A stretch of 43,666 nt of DNA, from positions 1 through 43,666 of the forward strand of contig NW_021834991.1 in assembly GCF_006345805.1 (NCBI RefSeq), given 5' to 3'. Shown in pieces: positions 24,940 through 36,900 of the stretch (positions are counted from its first letter, which is position 1; each line of letters opens with the position of its first letter). The notes below the pieces were generated by a model that did no database searches, was not told where the DNA came from, and worked only from the letters and a program-made list of their open reading frames with translations. The stretch is from Octopus sinensis. Lineage: Eukaryota. The translations under genes were made by a program, and so were the position numbers.

Positions 24940-25039
24940 ATATGTTGTAGGAAAGCATCACAGAAGAATGTATGAAAGGAATGAAAGACCATAATATATG
25001 ATATCGATTGCGTTTGCCAAAATAGGACACATTATAGTG

Positions 25040-25461
25040 GCAATGGTATTGGTAGGGGTTGTGGAGGAGGAGGGCAGGATGGCGTTGGCGAATGTTGTGG
25101 TGGTGGTGGTGGTGGTGGAAGTATGTAATTGTTGTTGAATGTGGTAGTATCGGTGGTAACATTGTTATTGGTGGTAGTGGCGGCAGAGGTGGTGGGGGGG
25201 GGTGAAGGCGCTGTTGGTGGTGATGGTGGTGGTGGCGGCGGCGGATGGTGGTGGTGGTGGTGGTGGTGGTGGTAATGATCATATTAAAGGGTTTGGATTA
25301 GTGATGATGGGCAGTGGTGGAGATGATGGGAGATGATGGGGAGAGCGAAAGTGGGTTTGGGGGAGTCAATGGCAGCGGGGGGGGGTGACCGTGTAAAGAA
25401 TATGAAGGTGGTATTGGGCTAATGTTGACGATGCTAATGATGGTAAGGGTAAAGATTATGG

Positions 25462-25492
<31 letters not shown>

Positions 25493-26625
25493 GGTGGTCG
25501 TCGTCGTCGTCGTCGTCGTTTTGGCGGTGATTCTGGTGGTGATGGTAGTGGTGGTGGTATGGTGGTGGTGGTGGTTTTGGTGGTGGTGGTGGTTTTGGTA
25601 GTGATGGTTGTGGTGGTGGTGGTGGTGACGACGGTGATGGTGATGTTAGTGATGATGATGATGGTGGCGATGATAATGATCATCATCGTCGTCATAGTTT
25701 AGTGGCGGCTACGGTGTCTATAATAGGTATGTCAGTGGCGGCGGTGGCGGTGGCGGCGATGGTGGTGGTGGTGGTGGTGGTGGTGGTGGTGGTGGTGGTG
25801 GTGGTGGTGGTGGTGGTGGTGGTGGTGTTAGTGTTGCGCCATTGTATATGGCCGCGCCAGTGATATGAAATAGCGTGTCCATCGAAGCGTGACAGTGATA
25901 AGCAGTGACTGGTCACCAATCAACTGTCAATAATTCAGAGAGTGATGGGGGAGAGGAGGGGAAAAGGAGGAGGAGGAGGAAGAGAGGGAGGGGGAAGAAG
26001 TGTTAGCTGCCGACAACCAACCACTACACCACACAGACCCGATCACCACCACCGCCGCCACCGCCTAAGCCATCACAATCACGAGTTGAGCAAAGAGAGC
26101 CTCGACGTAGTCGTTTAGCCTGCTGAAGACAATAGCTAAAAGCTCTGCCAAATCACACTCTACTTGAAAAAAAAAAAGGAAGGTTGTGTCGGAAATGAAG
26201 TCGTAAGATATACAGAAAGATGGAGTGGTCACGTTCGGAATGATTAGAGCTTATCTGGGGCTAAACTACAATAACATCATCAACCATTCAACCACAATCT
26301 TACTGCTACCACCACCACCACACTGCCAAATCAACACCATCGTTTTCGTCACACATTAACTCTTTCGTCATCACCACAACCACTACCACCACCACAACCA
26401 TCATCATCATCATCATCATTATCATCATCGTCGTCGTGCCAACAGCAAGAAAGAGTACGATAAGAATCACCCTAACATAAGCGTTTTCGCCATCGACACC
26501 ACCATAACAACAACAAAACAACAACAACAACAACAACATTACGACAACATAATGTCAGTCGCTGGAGTATAGGAATAGTAAGGAATGGTGGATAGGGTTA
26601 TAATGCTGTCCTTTTCATGATAATG

Positions 26626-26707
<82 letters not shown>

Positions 26708-26740
26708 GACGACGACGACGACGATGGTTGTGACCCCGAT
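25040..26740. repeat. Trinucleotide low-complexity domain: (GGT)/(GAT)-rich left half, (ACC)/(CAT)/(CAA)/(TTA)-rich right half
   Basis: Direct reading. Confidence 0.9.
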
Positions 26741-27227
26741 CAAAATTATCAACAACAGTAGCGCCAACAACATTCTCCTCATCTTCACCACCATCACCAC
26801 CGCCATCTATCAACTCTTTTGTTTTGTCGCCACCAAACACAGTTTCGATTATTTCCTCTTTATTCTCCAACCCCACCCCACACTCCACCCTACACCCTCA
26901 AAGAAAAACTAGGCACGCATGTTCGTTACAGTTTAGCTTAAAGTAAATTTTTAGCACGATGAAAATAATCGCAAGGAGAAGAAGAAAAAAAAACAAAAGT
27001 AGAAAAATAGGAAATGGCAAAATTCTATACACCATAACAGTTCTATAATTCTTCTGTAATAATTTCGGTAAGATTTCCAACAACTACCAAATCTTTAATA
27101 TAACAAACTGTATCGAACCTGATGAGACCACACAAGATAGAAATCGTGATGGGCTACGTGTTAAACTTACGTTTCTTTAAAACTGAAACTAATAACTAAC
27201 ATTGAATTAAGGAATTCCCGATGCTAT

Positions 27228-27497
27228 GTCCCGCTGAGTAGGACTTTGGGCAAGTGTCTTCTACTATAGCCTCGGGCCAACCAATGCCTTGGGAATGAAT
27301 TTAGTAGACGAAAACTGAGAGAAGCCCATCGTGTAAATATATATACATACATATATATGTGCCTGTGTGGTAAGAAGCTCGCTAACCACATGGTCCCATT
27401 CCGTGGCACCTAGGGCAAGTGTCTTCTACTATAGCCACGGGCTGACCAAAACCTTGTGAGTGGATTTGGTTGACGGAAACTGAAAGAAGCCCGTCGC
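27228..27497. mobile_element. Two SINE A heads in opposite orientation (27228-27330 minus, 27362-27497 plus)
   Basis: GGGCAAGTGTCTTCTACTATAGCC and GAAACTGA.AGAAGCCC motifs recur; both are partial and the left copy's orientation is uncertain. Confidence 0.55.
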
Positions 27498-27524
27498 ATG
27501 TATATATATATATATTATATATAT

Positions 27525-27567
<43 letters not shown>

Positions 27568-27821
27568 GTGCCGAGTCGCTGACACAAGATAGAGTTCTCA
27601 CCTGATGATCGCTGTAACGTGAAAATCGAACCACAAAAGAATTCAGTTTAAATAAACCACATATTCTAGAACTTGAAGGAAGTATTCTCTTCCACATTTG
27701 TCGTCAAAAAGCGACATTTGTGCATGGATGCACTCACACACGTAGACTCAGGCACACACATGCGTACACGCACATACATGCACGCACACACGAAAACGCA
27801 CCTATACAGACACGTACACAT

Positions 27822-28066
27822 TCTTTTATTCTTTTATTATTTTTCTTGTTTCAGTCATTTCACTGAGGCCATGCTGGAGCACCACCTTTAGTCAAGCAAA
27901 TCGACCCCACGACTTATTCTTTGTAAGCCTAGTACCTATTCTATCGGTCACTTTTGCCGAACCGCTAAGTGACGGGAACGTAAACACACCAGCATCTGTT
28001 GTCAAGCGATGTTAGGGAGGACAAACACAGACGCACATAGACATATATATATATATATATATATAT

Positions 28067-28118
<52 letters not shown>

Positions 28119-28282
28119 CATATATACGACGGGCTTCTTTCATTTTCAGTCTACCAAATCCACTCAAAAGGCTTTGGTTGGCCCGAGGTTATAGTAGAAG
28201 ACACTTGCCCAAGATGCCACGCAGTGGGACTGAACCCGGAACCATGTGGTTGGTAAGCAAACTACTTACCACACTGCCACCC
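27822..28282 (-). mobile_element. Composite SINE A+C
   Basis: Homologous to 12039-12455. Confidence 0.88.
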
Positions 28283-28284
28283 AT

Positions 28285-28600
28285 ATATATAATTAATTCA
28301 AAATTCGGAGAAACTAAAACAGATAAAAAGGCAAGAAAAACAACATAGCAAATGCAAAGTATTAATAAGACGCTCGGGGAAGAAAAAGAGTGCTTTACGT
28401 TCCGAGCATAGCTCTTCTTCGGAAACAAGAAAAACAGATAAGTCGAAAGGTAAAGGTAGAAGGAAGGGAAAAGATCGCTAATAGCCCACGTGTAGCTACA
28501 TTTTTGAAGTAACCGGAAGCAGAAGGACAAAGGGAAAATGCTTTCTGAGATAGAAGAGTGTGAAGATGGTCGGCATGTGTGTGTACACATACACACATAT
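28285..28600 (-). mobile_element. Terminal (pseudo-LTR-like) remnant of a second Penelope-like family
   Basis: Collinear similarity with 29109-29300, including the HHR-like motif. Confidence 0.6.
28391..28427 (-). ncRNA. Degenerate minimal type I hammerhead ribozyme motif
   Basis: TGTTT-CCGAAGA-A-GAGC(TAT)GCTC-GGAA-CGTA-AAGCA; U4C and A13G deviate from the canonical core. Confidence 0.5.
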
Positions 28601-28631
28601 TCATGCATTCATACAAACGTAGGCTTCCATA

Positions 28632-28800
28632 TCTTTTACTTGTTTCTGTCATTAGGCTGCGGCCACGCTGGGGCACCACCCTGAAGAAGTTTAGTCGAGC
28701 TTGATACGCATTCTATCTTTTGTCGAACCGCTAAGCTACGAGGACGAAAACACACCAGCAGCGGTTGTCAAGGGGTGGTGGGAATGTACACAGACACAAA
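28632..28800 (-). mobile_element. Diverged SINE C module
   Basis: CTTTTACTTGTTTC.GTCATT..GCTGCGGCCA.GCTGG, GAACCGCTAAG, AAACACACCAGC. Confidence 0.75.
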
Positions 28801-28933
28801 GACACGCACTTATGTCTAAAACATATCATATCATATCATACTATACCATATTATGTTCTGTCATATATCTTATCTTTTACTTGTTTCAGTCATCAGACTG
28901 CGGAGTGTATATATATATATATATATAATATAT

Positions 28934-28984
<51 letters not shown>

Positions 28985-29055
28985 CATCATACATACATAC
29001 ATACAAACATACATACATACATACATTCATACATATACATACATATACATATATA

Positions 29056-29117
<62 letters not shown>

Positions 29118-29197
29118 ATCCAAACGGGAAACAAAAAACAACAACAATGGAACAATTACAGTATTATTATAGGCGCCCAGGAAATGGAAGCAGGGAG

Positions 29198-29232
29198 GTA
29201 TGACGTTTCGAGCGGAGCTCTTCGTCGGAAAC
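29198..29232 (-). ncRNA. Minimal type I hammerhead ribozyme motif in the PLE 3' pseudo-LTR
   Basis: GTTT-CCGACGA-A-GAGC(TCC)GCTC-GAAA-CGTC^ATAC; palindromic ACGT stem III; U4C variant; stem I has one mismatch. Confidence 0.65.
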
Positions 29233-29399
29233 ATAAAGAAAGAAGAGAGAGGAAAGAAAGATCCCAGAGCGGGCAACAGGGATAGAAAAAAAACGACTGG
29301 TGTTTACGAGTTACACATGGTGAAAGCGGATGTTTACGATAACAAGAGCAAAGTAGGTTTTTAAAGGCAAAAAGAGTGGAGACAAGGTTGGTAACGCAA

Positions 29400-32100
29400 C
29401 AGATGTGTGTGTATGTGTGAGTGTGTGCGTGTGCGTGTGTGTATGTGTGTGTGTGAGGCGAGATAAAAAACAAAAAATATATTATGTGTGTTAGTGGTGC
29501 GTCTGTGTGTAGGCGTGTGAGGTAGGGCGAGACAGTGGTCAGCATAGCAGACAAAGGTCAGTAGTAAGAAAAAGAAGGAAGAGGAAAAGGGAGGGAGGGG
29601 AAGGGGTGGGGCGTATGTAGCGTGCCAGCGTGTGTTGAGTAGTAGTGTGTGTGTGTGTCCAGTGTCGTGGGTAGTATTAATGGCGAGTAGATTGAATGTG
29701 TGTAAGAGTAATGTATATATTTAAGCAATGTGTGTATATGTGTGCACGTGTGTGTAACGAAAAAGGGGGGGGGGGTTAAGGAAAAAGGACTCCAGCTGAG
29801 GGGAAGATGGAAGAGTGGTCCCGCGGAGACGGGCGTGGGAAAACCCAACGACAAGCGACGGTCCCAGGAACGGGCGGGAGGTCTCGTCGGGTCCAAGAGC
29901 GAGGTGCATGCGGCGCGTATGCGTGCGCGAACCAGCGCAAGCGCGTGTGTGCGCGCGCCTGCGAGTATGCGCGTAAGTATGTATGTGTGTGGATGTGTGA
30001 GTGTGTCTGTGTGTATGTCTGGGTGGCAGTGTGTCCGATGAATGTATGTGAGTATGTGTGTATATATGTGTGTGCATAGATGTATGTCCGTGTGTGTGTG
30101 TGTGTGTGTATGTGTATGAGTGTGTATGTATGTACGTGTGGGTGTGGGGAAGTGTGTGTATGTGCATGTGTGTGCGCGTACATACAGGTGTGTGAGTGAG
30201 TGTGTGTGTGTGTATGTATGTGTGAGTGTGTATGTATGTGTGTGTAGGATGCATGTATGTGTATGGGTGTATGTATGCGTGTGTGTATGTATGTATGTGT
30301 ACGTGCGTGTGTGTGTGTATGCGTGTAGGTGTGCGCGTGTGCATGCATGCATGCATGTGCGTATGTGTGTGTGTGTGCATGTGTGTGGGTATATATGTAT
30401 GTGCGTATATGTGTGTGTATGTGCGTACATGTGTGTGTGTGTATGCATGTGGTGTATGTAGGTGTGTGGGCGTGTGTGTATAGGTGTATGTATGTAAGTA
30501 TGTATGGGTGTGTCCGTGTATGTGTGTGTATGTATGTGTGTGTATGTAGGTGTGTGGGCGTGTGTAATGTGTGGTGTTGTAGGTGTGTGGGCGTGTGTAT
30601 ATAGGTGTATGTATATGTATGTCTGGTGTGTCCGTGCATGTTTGTGTGTGTGTGTGTATGCATGTGTATGTAGGTGTGTGTGTACGTGTGTAATGTATGT
30701 GTGTATGCGTGTGTATGCGTGCGTGTTTGTATGTAGGTGCGTGTGTATGTGTGTGGGAGTGTAGGTGTGTTGTGCGTGTGCGTGTTTATGTTGGTGTGTG
30801 TGCGTATGTGAGTGTGAGTGTAGGGGTTTTGTCATGCATGTGTGTGCGCGTGCAGGTGAGTGTGTGTGTAAGTATGTGTGTGTGTATGTTTGTGTGAGTG
30901 TGTATGTGTGTATGTCTGTGTGTATGTATGTGCGTATAGGAGTATGTAGGTATGTGTGTGTGTATGTATATGGGTGTATGTATGTATGTGTGTGTGTGTG
31001 CATGTGTATAAGTATATGTGTGTGTGCGTATGTGTGTGTATGTGTATGTGTGTGTGTTTATGTATGTGTGTATGTATGTGTGTAGGCGTGTGTGTGTAGA
31101 TGTATGTATGTATGGGTGTGTGTCTGTGTGTGTTTGTGTGTGTGTGTGTAGGTAGATGTGTGTGTCTGAGTGAGGGTATGGCTGTGTAGTGTGTGTGTGT
31201 ATGAATGTAAGTGTGTGTGTATACAAGTGTAATGTATGTATGTAGGTGTGTGTGGTGGTGTGTATGTGTACGTGTACGTGTGTATGTGTGTGTATGCGTG
31301 TGAGTGTGAGTGTATGGGTGTATGTCTGTGTGTGTGTATGTCTGAAGTAGGTATATGTGTGTATGTATGTATGTGTGTGTGTGTGCGGGTATGTGTGTGT
31401 GTGTATGTGTGTGTGTGAGTAGGTGTGCATGTATGTATGTGGGTAGGGATGCATGCGAGTGTGTGGGTATGTATGCATACATACGCACGCGCACATCCGA
31501 AGCAAGCCCACACACACGAAGCGCGCTCACGCTCACAACGCACAAGCAGTACAACGCAAGCCCAAGGGGCCGACCAAGCCCCCAGCGCGCGCCAAGGCGC
31601 GCGAGCGCAAAGGCCCTCGAACGCCCCGCTACGCCGGAACCGAGGTTCCATCAGCCAAAACCGGAAAGCAGAAAAGAGGGGGGCTGCCTGGATGCAAAAA
31701 GGTGTATGTGTGTGTGCATTCAGTGTAAGGGTGTGCATGTGTGGGTATGTATGTATGTATGTGCCTACATGTATGTGTGCATGTGTGTGTGTGTGAAGTA
31801 TGTACGTGCGGTGTGTGTGTGTGAGTGTGTGTATGTATGTGCGTGTGTGTGTGTGTTATGTGGTGTGTATGTGGGTGGTATGTGTGTGTGTTGGTGTGTG
31901 GTGTGTAAGTATGTGTGTGTGTGTATGTATGTGTGTGTGTATGTGTGGTGTGGTTGCATGTGGTTGCATGTATGTGCATGTTGTCTGTAAGTGTGTGTGA
32001 TTAAATGTGTGAATGTATGTACGTAGATGGGTCTACGTATGTGTGTGTGTGAACAGGCGTGTGGGAGGTAGGGGTGGGTGGGTGTGGGTGTGTGTCCCGG
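29400..32100. repeat. ~2.7-kb imperfect (TG)/(TATG) low-complexity block with two GC-rich islands (29755-29965, 31485-31705)
   Basis: Direct reading. Confidence 0.9.
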
Positions 32101-32149
32101 GAAAAAAAAAAAAAAACGGATCTCAAGAGGAGGGGGCTGTGTTAAGTCC

Positions 32150-34464
32150 GTGTGGGGTGGTAGTTTGTAGGGTGAAGATGTAGCGTTGCTCCAAGTGGAG
32201 CCTGGAAAGTGGGCGACCATTGTGGGGGGCGAGACCAAACACTGAGATGTCATCTAGGGAATGGCCGGCCGAGACAGGGCGGTAGTGCGGTCGATGCGAC
32301 GGGCGCGGGTGAGGGCATCAGAGAGGAGTATGGGTGGGTAACCTCGGAGTCTGAACATGCGGGCCAGGTATTGAGATTGGGTCTCGAAATCCTGGTCGCG
32401 GCTGCACAAACGTCGGAGGCGGAGGAACTGGGAGTAGGGGATGGCTCGTTTGGTGTGGAAGGGGTGGGAGGAAGAGAAGTTGAGATAGAGGTGGGAATCC
32501 GTAGGTTTAAAGAAGGCGGTGGTGGTGAGAGAGTTGGAGGGGTGATCGATGCGGAGAGAGATGTCAAGGAAGTTGACAGAGGTGTTGGAGATGGTGGAGG
32601 TGAATTGAAGAGAGGGGTGAAAGTTGGAAAGGAAAGAGATGAATTGGCAGAGAAGTTCACGGGAAGGGAGGTGGCACCTACGCAGTCGTCGATATAGCGA
32701 CCGTATAGTTCGGGGGTCGGCCCAGAGAACTGGGCGAACACTTGGGCCTAATGTAGCCAAGAAAGAGATTGGCGAAATTGGGGCCCATCCTAGTTCCCTC
32801 GCGACCCCGGACACCTGTTGGTACGTTTCCCCGGCGAACGTGAAGCGATTGAGGGTGAGGACGAGCTCAGCCCAACGGAGAAGGGTGGGGGTGCTGGGGG
32901 GTGGGGTAGGGACGACGGTCGAGGAAGTGTTGGAGGGCTAGGAGACCGTCATGTGTGGGAATCACTGTGTACAGGATTTTACATCTAAAGTGAAGAGGTG
33001 TGAGGGGCTGGAAGGGAAGGAAAAGGAATTGAAGAGACGGAGGGCGTGGTTGGTGTCGTGTATGTGGGATGGGAGGGCTGCGACTAAGGGGGACAGGATG
33101 CGGTCGAGGTATAGGGAGATGAGTTCAGTGGGGCAATTACAGGCAGAGACTATGGGACGGCCAGGATTAGAGGGTTTATGGATCTTGGGAAGGAAGTAGA
33201 TGGTGGAGGTGCGGGGTGGTTGGGACGATGAGGTTGGTGGCGGTGAGGGGGAGAGCGGAGGAGGAGATGAGGTCGTGGATGGTGGAGGACACTCGCTGTT
33301 GGTAGGAGGAGGTGGGATCGGAGGGGAGGAGGCGATAGAAGAGGGGATTTTGAAGCTGGTTGAGCGCTACCTCCCTGTATAGGTCCGCGCGCCACACTAC
33401 CACTGCCCCGCCTTTGTCCGCCGGTTTGATGACAATGTCATCACGACGGCGGAGGTGGCGAAGGGCAATGGATTCGGCCCGAGTGAGGTTGGCTCGGCGG
33501 GGTCTTGGTTCAAAGTTGAAACGGTGGACCAAAGCGTTGCAGTCATGTACAAACGAATCTAGGCTACTGAAAAGGCCTGGGGCGGCGTCCAGATGGATGG
33601 ACGACGCCCCAGCCTCCAAAAGGCAATCCTGATTGTTGTGAGGCTGCGGGGACGCGTGGTAGTATGCGCAAAGTTTGAGGCGGCGCAGAACAGGTTGACG
33701 TCCGCCCGAGTCTCGAACTCATCACAGTGGCGCGTGAGTGGCGTGAAGCGGAGACCCTTACTGAGGAGGGAGCGCTCAGCGGCGGAGAGGGAGGTTGGGG
33801 TGTATAGTGACAACAGCGCGAGGAAGCGGGGTGGTGGGAGGACTAGGGGCAGGCGGAGGGGTGCAGGGGTGTGAAGGGGAGGGTAGGGGTGGTTGGGTGA
33901 AGATGGGTTAGGCGTAGGAAGGTCACTGTGGGGGGGTCCGTGGAAGGGTGGGGTAGGTGCGAAGGAGGGGGGGACAGTGGGGAGGATGGGGAAGGGGGAG
34001 GTTTGAGGAGGAGGTGGAGTTTTTTTTTTTTTTGTGTGTGTGAGGTAGTTGTAGAGTTGGTGGTTGAGATTAAGAATGAAGCGGAGGATAGGTTGGGTGA
34101 AGAGTGGAGGCAGAGGGCGGAGAGAAGGAGGTAGGCCTGGGGAAGTTGATGGTCGAGGGAGTCAAGGAGGGGGCGGGTGGAGCGGATGGTGGCGCGGAGG
34201 AGGGAGCGGGAGGTACGAGCGAGGGTGGGTTCGATGAAGGGGGAGGAATAGGGGGTAGCGTGGAACTTCAAGAGGAAACCGCGGGGTGTGACATGATGGC
34301 GGAGGCACCGGCTAAGAAAGGAAAGATGGCTAGAATGGCGGGTTTTCTTAAAAAGCAAGCGGGAAAGTTTTATAGCAGGTGCGGAACATGGTGGGGGGAA
34401 GAACGCGAGGGTAGCGGCTGAGGAGGGATTGAAGGTGTTGGACGAACGAGTGCAAGTCAGGCAT
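32150..34464 (-). pseudogene. Frameshifted PLE polyprotein (N-terminal domain and reverse transcriptase; no recognisable GIY-YIG)
   Basis: ATG at 34464; HLSFLSRCLRHHVTPRGF, LSAAERSLLSKGLRFTP, IVIKPADKGGAVVVW, LLPKIHK..NPGRPIVS, LDVKS(L)YTVIP, GVA(M)GTRMGPNFANLF, RYIDD (32686-32697), FLDISL, KPTDSHLYLNFSSSHP, IPYSQFLRLRRLCS. Confidence 0.88.
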
Positions 34465-34886
34465 GATGAGAAGTGGTGGCAAACAGGTAAAGGTGGGTGG
34501 TGGCGAAACAGGAAAAAGGAGAGACAACAGGAAAACAACAAAAGAAGAAAAAGGGTGAAGACGGTTTGAAAACAATAGAACAAAGTTGAAAAAAGTCAGG
34601 AAAGAGATTTGAGAGTCAACGGACAGATTAGGTAATGATTTTCAATCACGGTAATGGCGGTACTCCGGAAGAAGGTTGCGGGTGATCCGTAGGTCAGGAA
34701 GAATGGTAACGATAATCCGTAGGTGCAAAAAATCCGGGAATTGGTATCCAAGGTACAAGGGGTCCGTGTAGGCGCGCAGTGGTATAATTTTAATCCAAAC
34801 GGGAAACAAAAAAACAACAACAATGGAACAATTACAGTATTATTATTAATAGGCGCTCAGGAAATGGAAGCAGGGAGGTATATATA

Positions 34887-35068
34887 CACGACGGGCTTCT
34901 TTCAATTTCCGTCTACCAAATCCACTATCCACTCACAAGGCTTTGGTTGGCCCAAGTTAATAGTACAAGGCACTTGCTCAAGGTGCCAAGGTGTCACGCA
35001 GTGGGACTAAAGCTGGAACTATGTGGTTGGAAAGCAAGCTACTTACCACACAGCCACTCTTGCACCTA
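34887..35068 (-). mobile_element. SINE head A
   Basis: Reverse complement of the 4719-4882 head. Confidence 0.85.
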
Positions 35069-35284
35069 TATATATGTGTGTGTCTGTGTGTCTGTGTGTC
35101 TGTGTGTATGTATGTGTGTGTGTATGTATGTATGTATATGTATATCATACACACGCACACACACATTCACATTTCATGGACAATTTGTATTTCTTGGTTA
35201 TTCAAATAATCTATTGTTTTGTTACAATTAAATGTTTATATGCTGAATATTCCTCCTTGTATAATTGTTTCCATTTCTGGCACA

Positions 35285-35465
35285 TGACCAGCAGTTTGAG
35301 GGGAGGGGTCTTAGTGGATACAATCGACACCAGTACGTGACTGATATTGTATATTGGTGGCCTGAAAGGGATGAAAATCGGAGTTGACATCAGCGAGGTT
35401 TGAACTTGCTACGTAATGAGGTGGAAGAAATTCTCACCGTCAAACGTTTCTGACAGCAATGGCTA
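35285..35465 (-). mobile_element. Highly diverged family B SINE
   Basis: ATCGACACCAGT, GAAAGGGATGAAA and GTTTGAACT remnants. Confidence 0.5.
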
Positions 35466-35589
35466 ACAGACAGAAATTCCCTTTGAAACACATTTTGGTG
35501 TCTATTTAGTTTAATGTAGTCATAGGATGGGGTTAACAAGTTCACTTTGTAGTTACCCTTTTGTTTTTGTGATATTCTATTGTAGGGGT

Positions 35590-36167
35590 TTTTGTAGATA
35601 GGGATTTATCTCCCTTGCCGGACATCGTTAACAGCGCATGATAGGAAGTGAGGCAGGATATAAATGGTGGACTTCTGGAATGCAAGGAGATGCTGTGAGG
35701 CTTCTTTGTGATTCAGCAGAACTCGGACATTGACAGGCGACGTTCATTGTTGTAGTCTTCGACAAAGAACTATTCTCCCCCGAGAAAACATTTTATAAAA
35801 GAGCTTATTGGTAAAGGCACAGCAGTTCGTAAGATTTTGGATTCTTTGATTATGAAAGCCATGATGCTTCAAACCGGAGCTTTCCAACATAGAAGAATAA
35901 GAATGAAAATTTATATTAACAGTTTTTAACAGACTTTGAAGAATACGCTGAAGACTTTTTCGAAATTCCTTAAACACTTTCGTCTTCTCAAAGTCAAAGA
36001 TTTTTATAGATATGGATTTATCTCCCTTGCCGGACATTGTTAACTACGCATGACAGGAACTAGGGCAGGATATAAATGATGGTCTTCTGGACTTCAAAGG
36101 GATGCTGTGAGGCTTCTTTGTGATGCAGCAGAACTCGGACATTGATACGCAACGTTCATTGTAGTCT
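35590..36167. repeat. ~165-bp direct repeats (35590-35758, 36001-36167) bracketing the 255-bp dispersed repeat
   Basis: Both copies read GGATTTATCTCCCTTGCCGGACAT…CAGCAGAACTCGGACATTGA…CGTTCATTG…GTAGTCT. Confidence 0.9.
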
Positions 36168-36169
36168 CC

Positions 36170-36900
36170 CTTCTACGGACGATACTCCCCGCATAGCAGC
36201 CTTGTGGGTCATTACTCTTTGACGTGAATCCGATCCAACCAGTTAAGAAGGCATTCTAGTTCTGTCTTGTAATCACGTGATTCTGTGTGCCATTTTGGAT
36301 GAGTGCCTTCAATTGTAACTTCAAATCGATTCAGTTTGTGAATGAAACTAGATAAGCGGAAACTGTGAAGAAGTCTATCTGACGGACGATTCCTTTTCAC
36401 GGGGAATTGAGTTCGTTCGTTGTCTAGTTTAACAACTGCAACTGGACCCTTCTGTGCCCCTCATGGGGATCCACAATGCTGTAATTATTCAAACCAGGTT
36501 TCCTTTCCGTATTTTGTTGACTGTCTCGTTTTCTCCTCCTTTGTCTATCATCTCAATAATAGTCCCAATTCTTTAACGCAAACAGACAAGCGACAACATG
36601 GAACTTAAAGTCTTCAGACTTCAGATGCGCCGAAAATACGCTTGTCCTGTAGGTCGCCATTACTAATGAAGGGTTTTCAACGTTTCCTTGACCTTCGTTC
36701 TTTTTTCGTTAACCGCTTCTTGAATGTTCTTTACTAAATGTGTAGCGAACGCAGCCTTCCAACATTTTTGCCTCCCCATCAATAACATGATACATTGATA
36801 TCTATTGTATTAACACCCCATGTGCTGTGATTTCGCCCCCTGGTCAGTGTTGTAGGTCCTCTAAACAACGCTGTCTTCATCGGCGCTGAACTTCCTTCTC
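36170..36900 (-). pseudogene. Possible heavily decayed RTE-like LINE 3' coding region
   Basis: LNWLDRIHVKE**PTRLLCGE resembles the RTE motif LRW.GHV.RM...LPK.LLYGE; many stops. Confidence 0.4.

Larger units (their letters stand above)
29109..34881 (-). mobile_element. Penelope-like element (Neptune-like RT, tentative) with ~95-bp terminal direct repeats (29109-29201, 34783-34881), both abutting (TA)n
   Basis: PLE RT motifs plus near-identical terminal repeats; HHR in the 3' repeat region; interior 29400-32100 is low-complexity and may be misassembled. Confidence 0.75.

Noticed and set aside
27113-27150. CTGATGA-GACC…GATA-GAAA hammerhead-like motif
   Set aside because: Stem II is half mismatched, and there is no clear NUH triplet or stem I.
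27598-27635. CTGATGA-TCGC…GTGAAA hammerhead-like motif
   Set aside because: Stem II would consume the G of GAAA, and there is no stem III or cleavage triplet.
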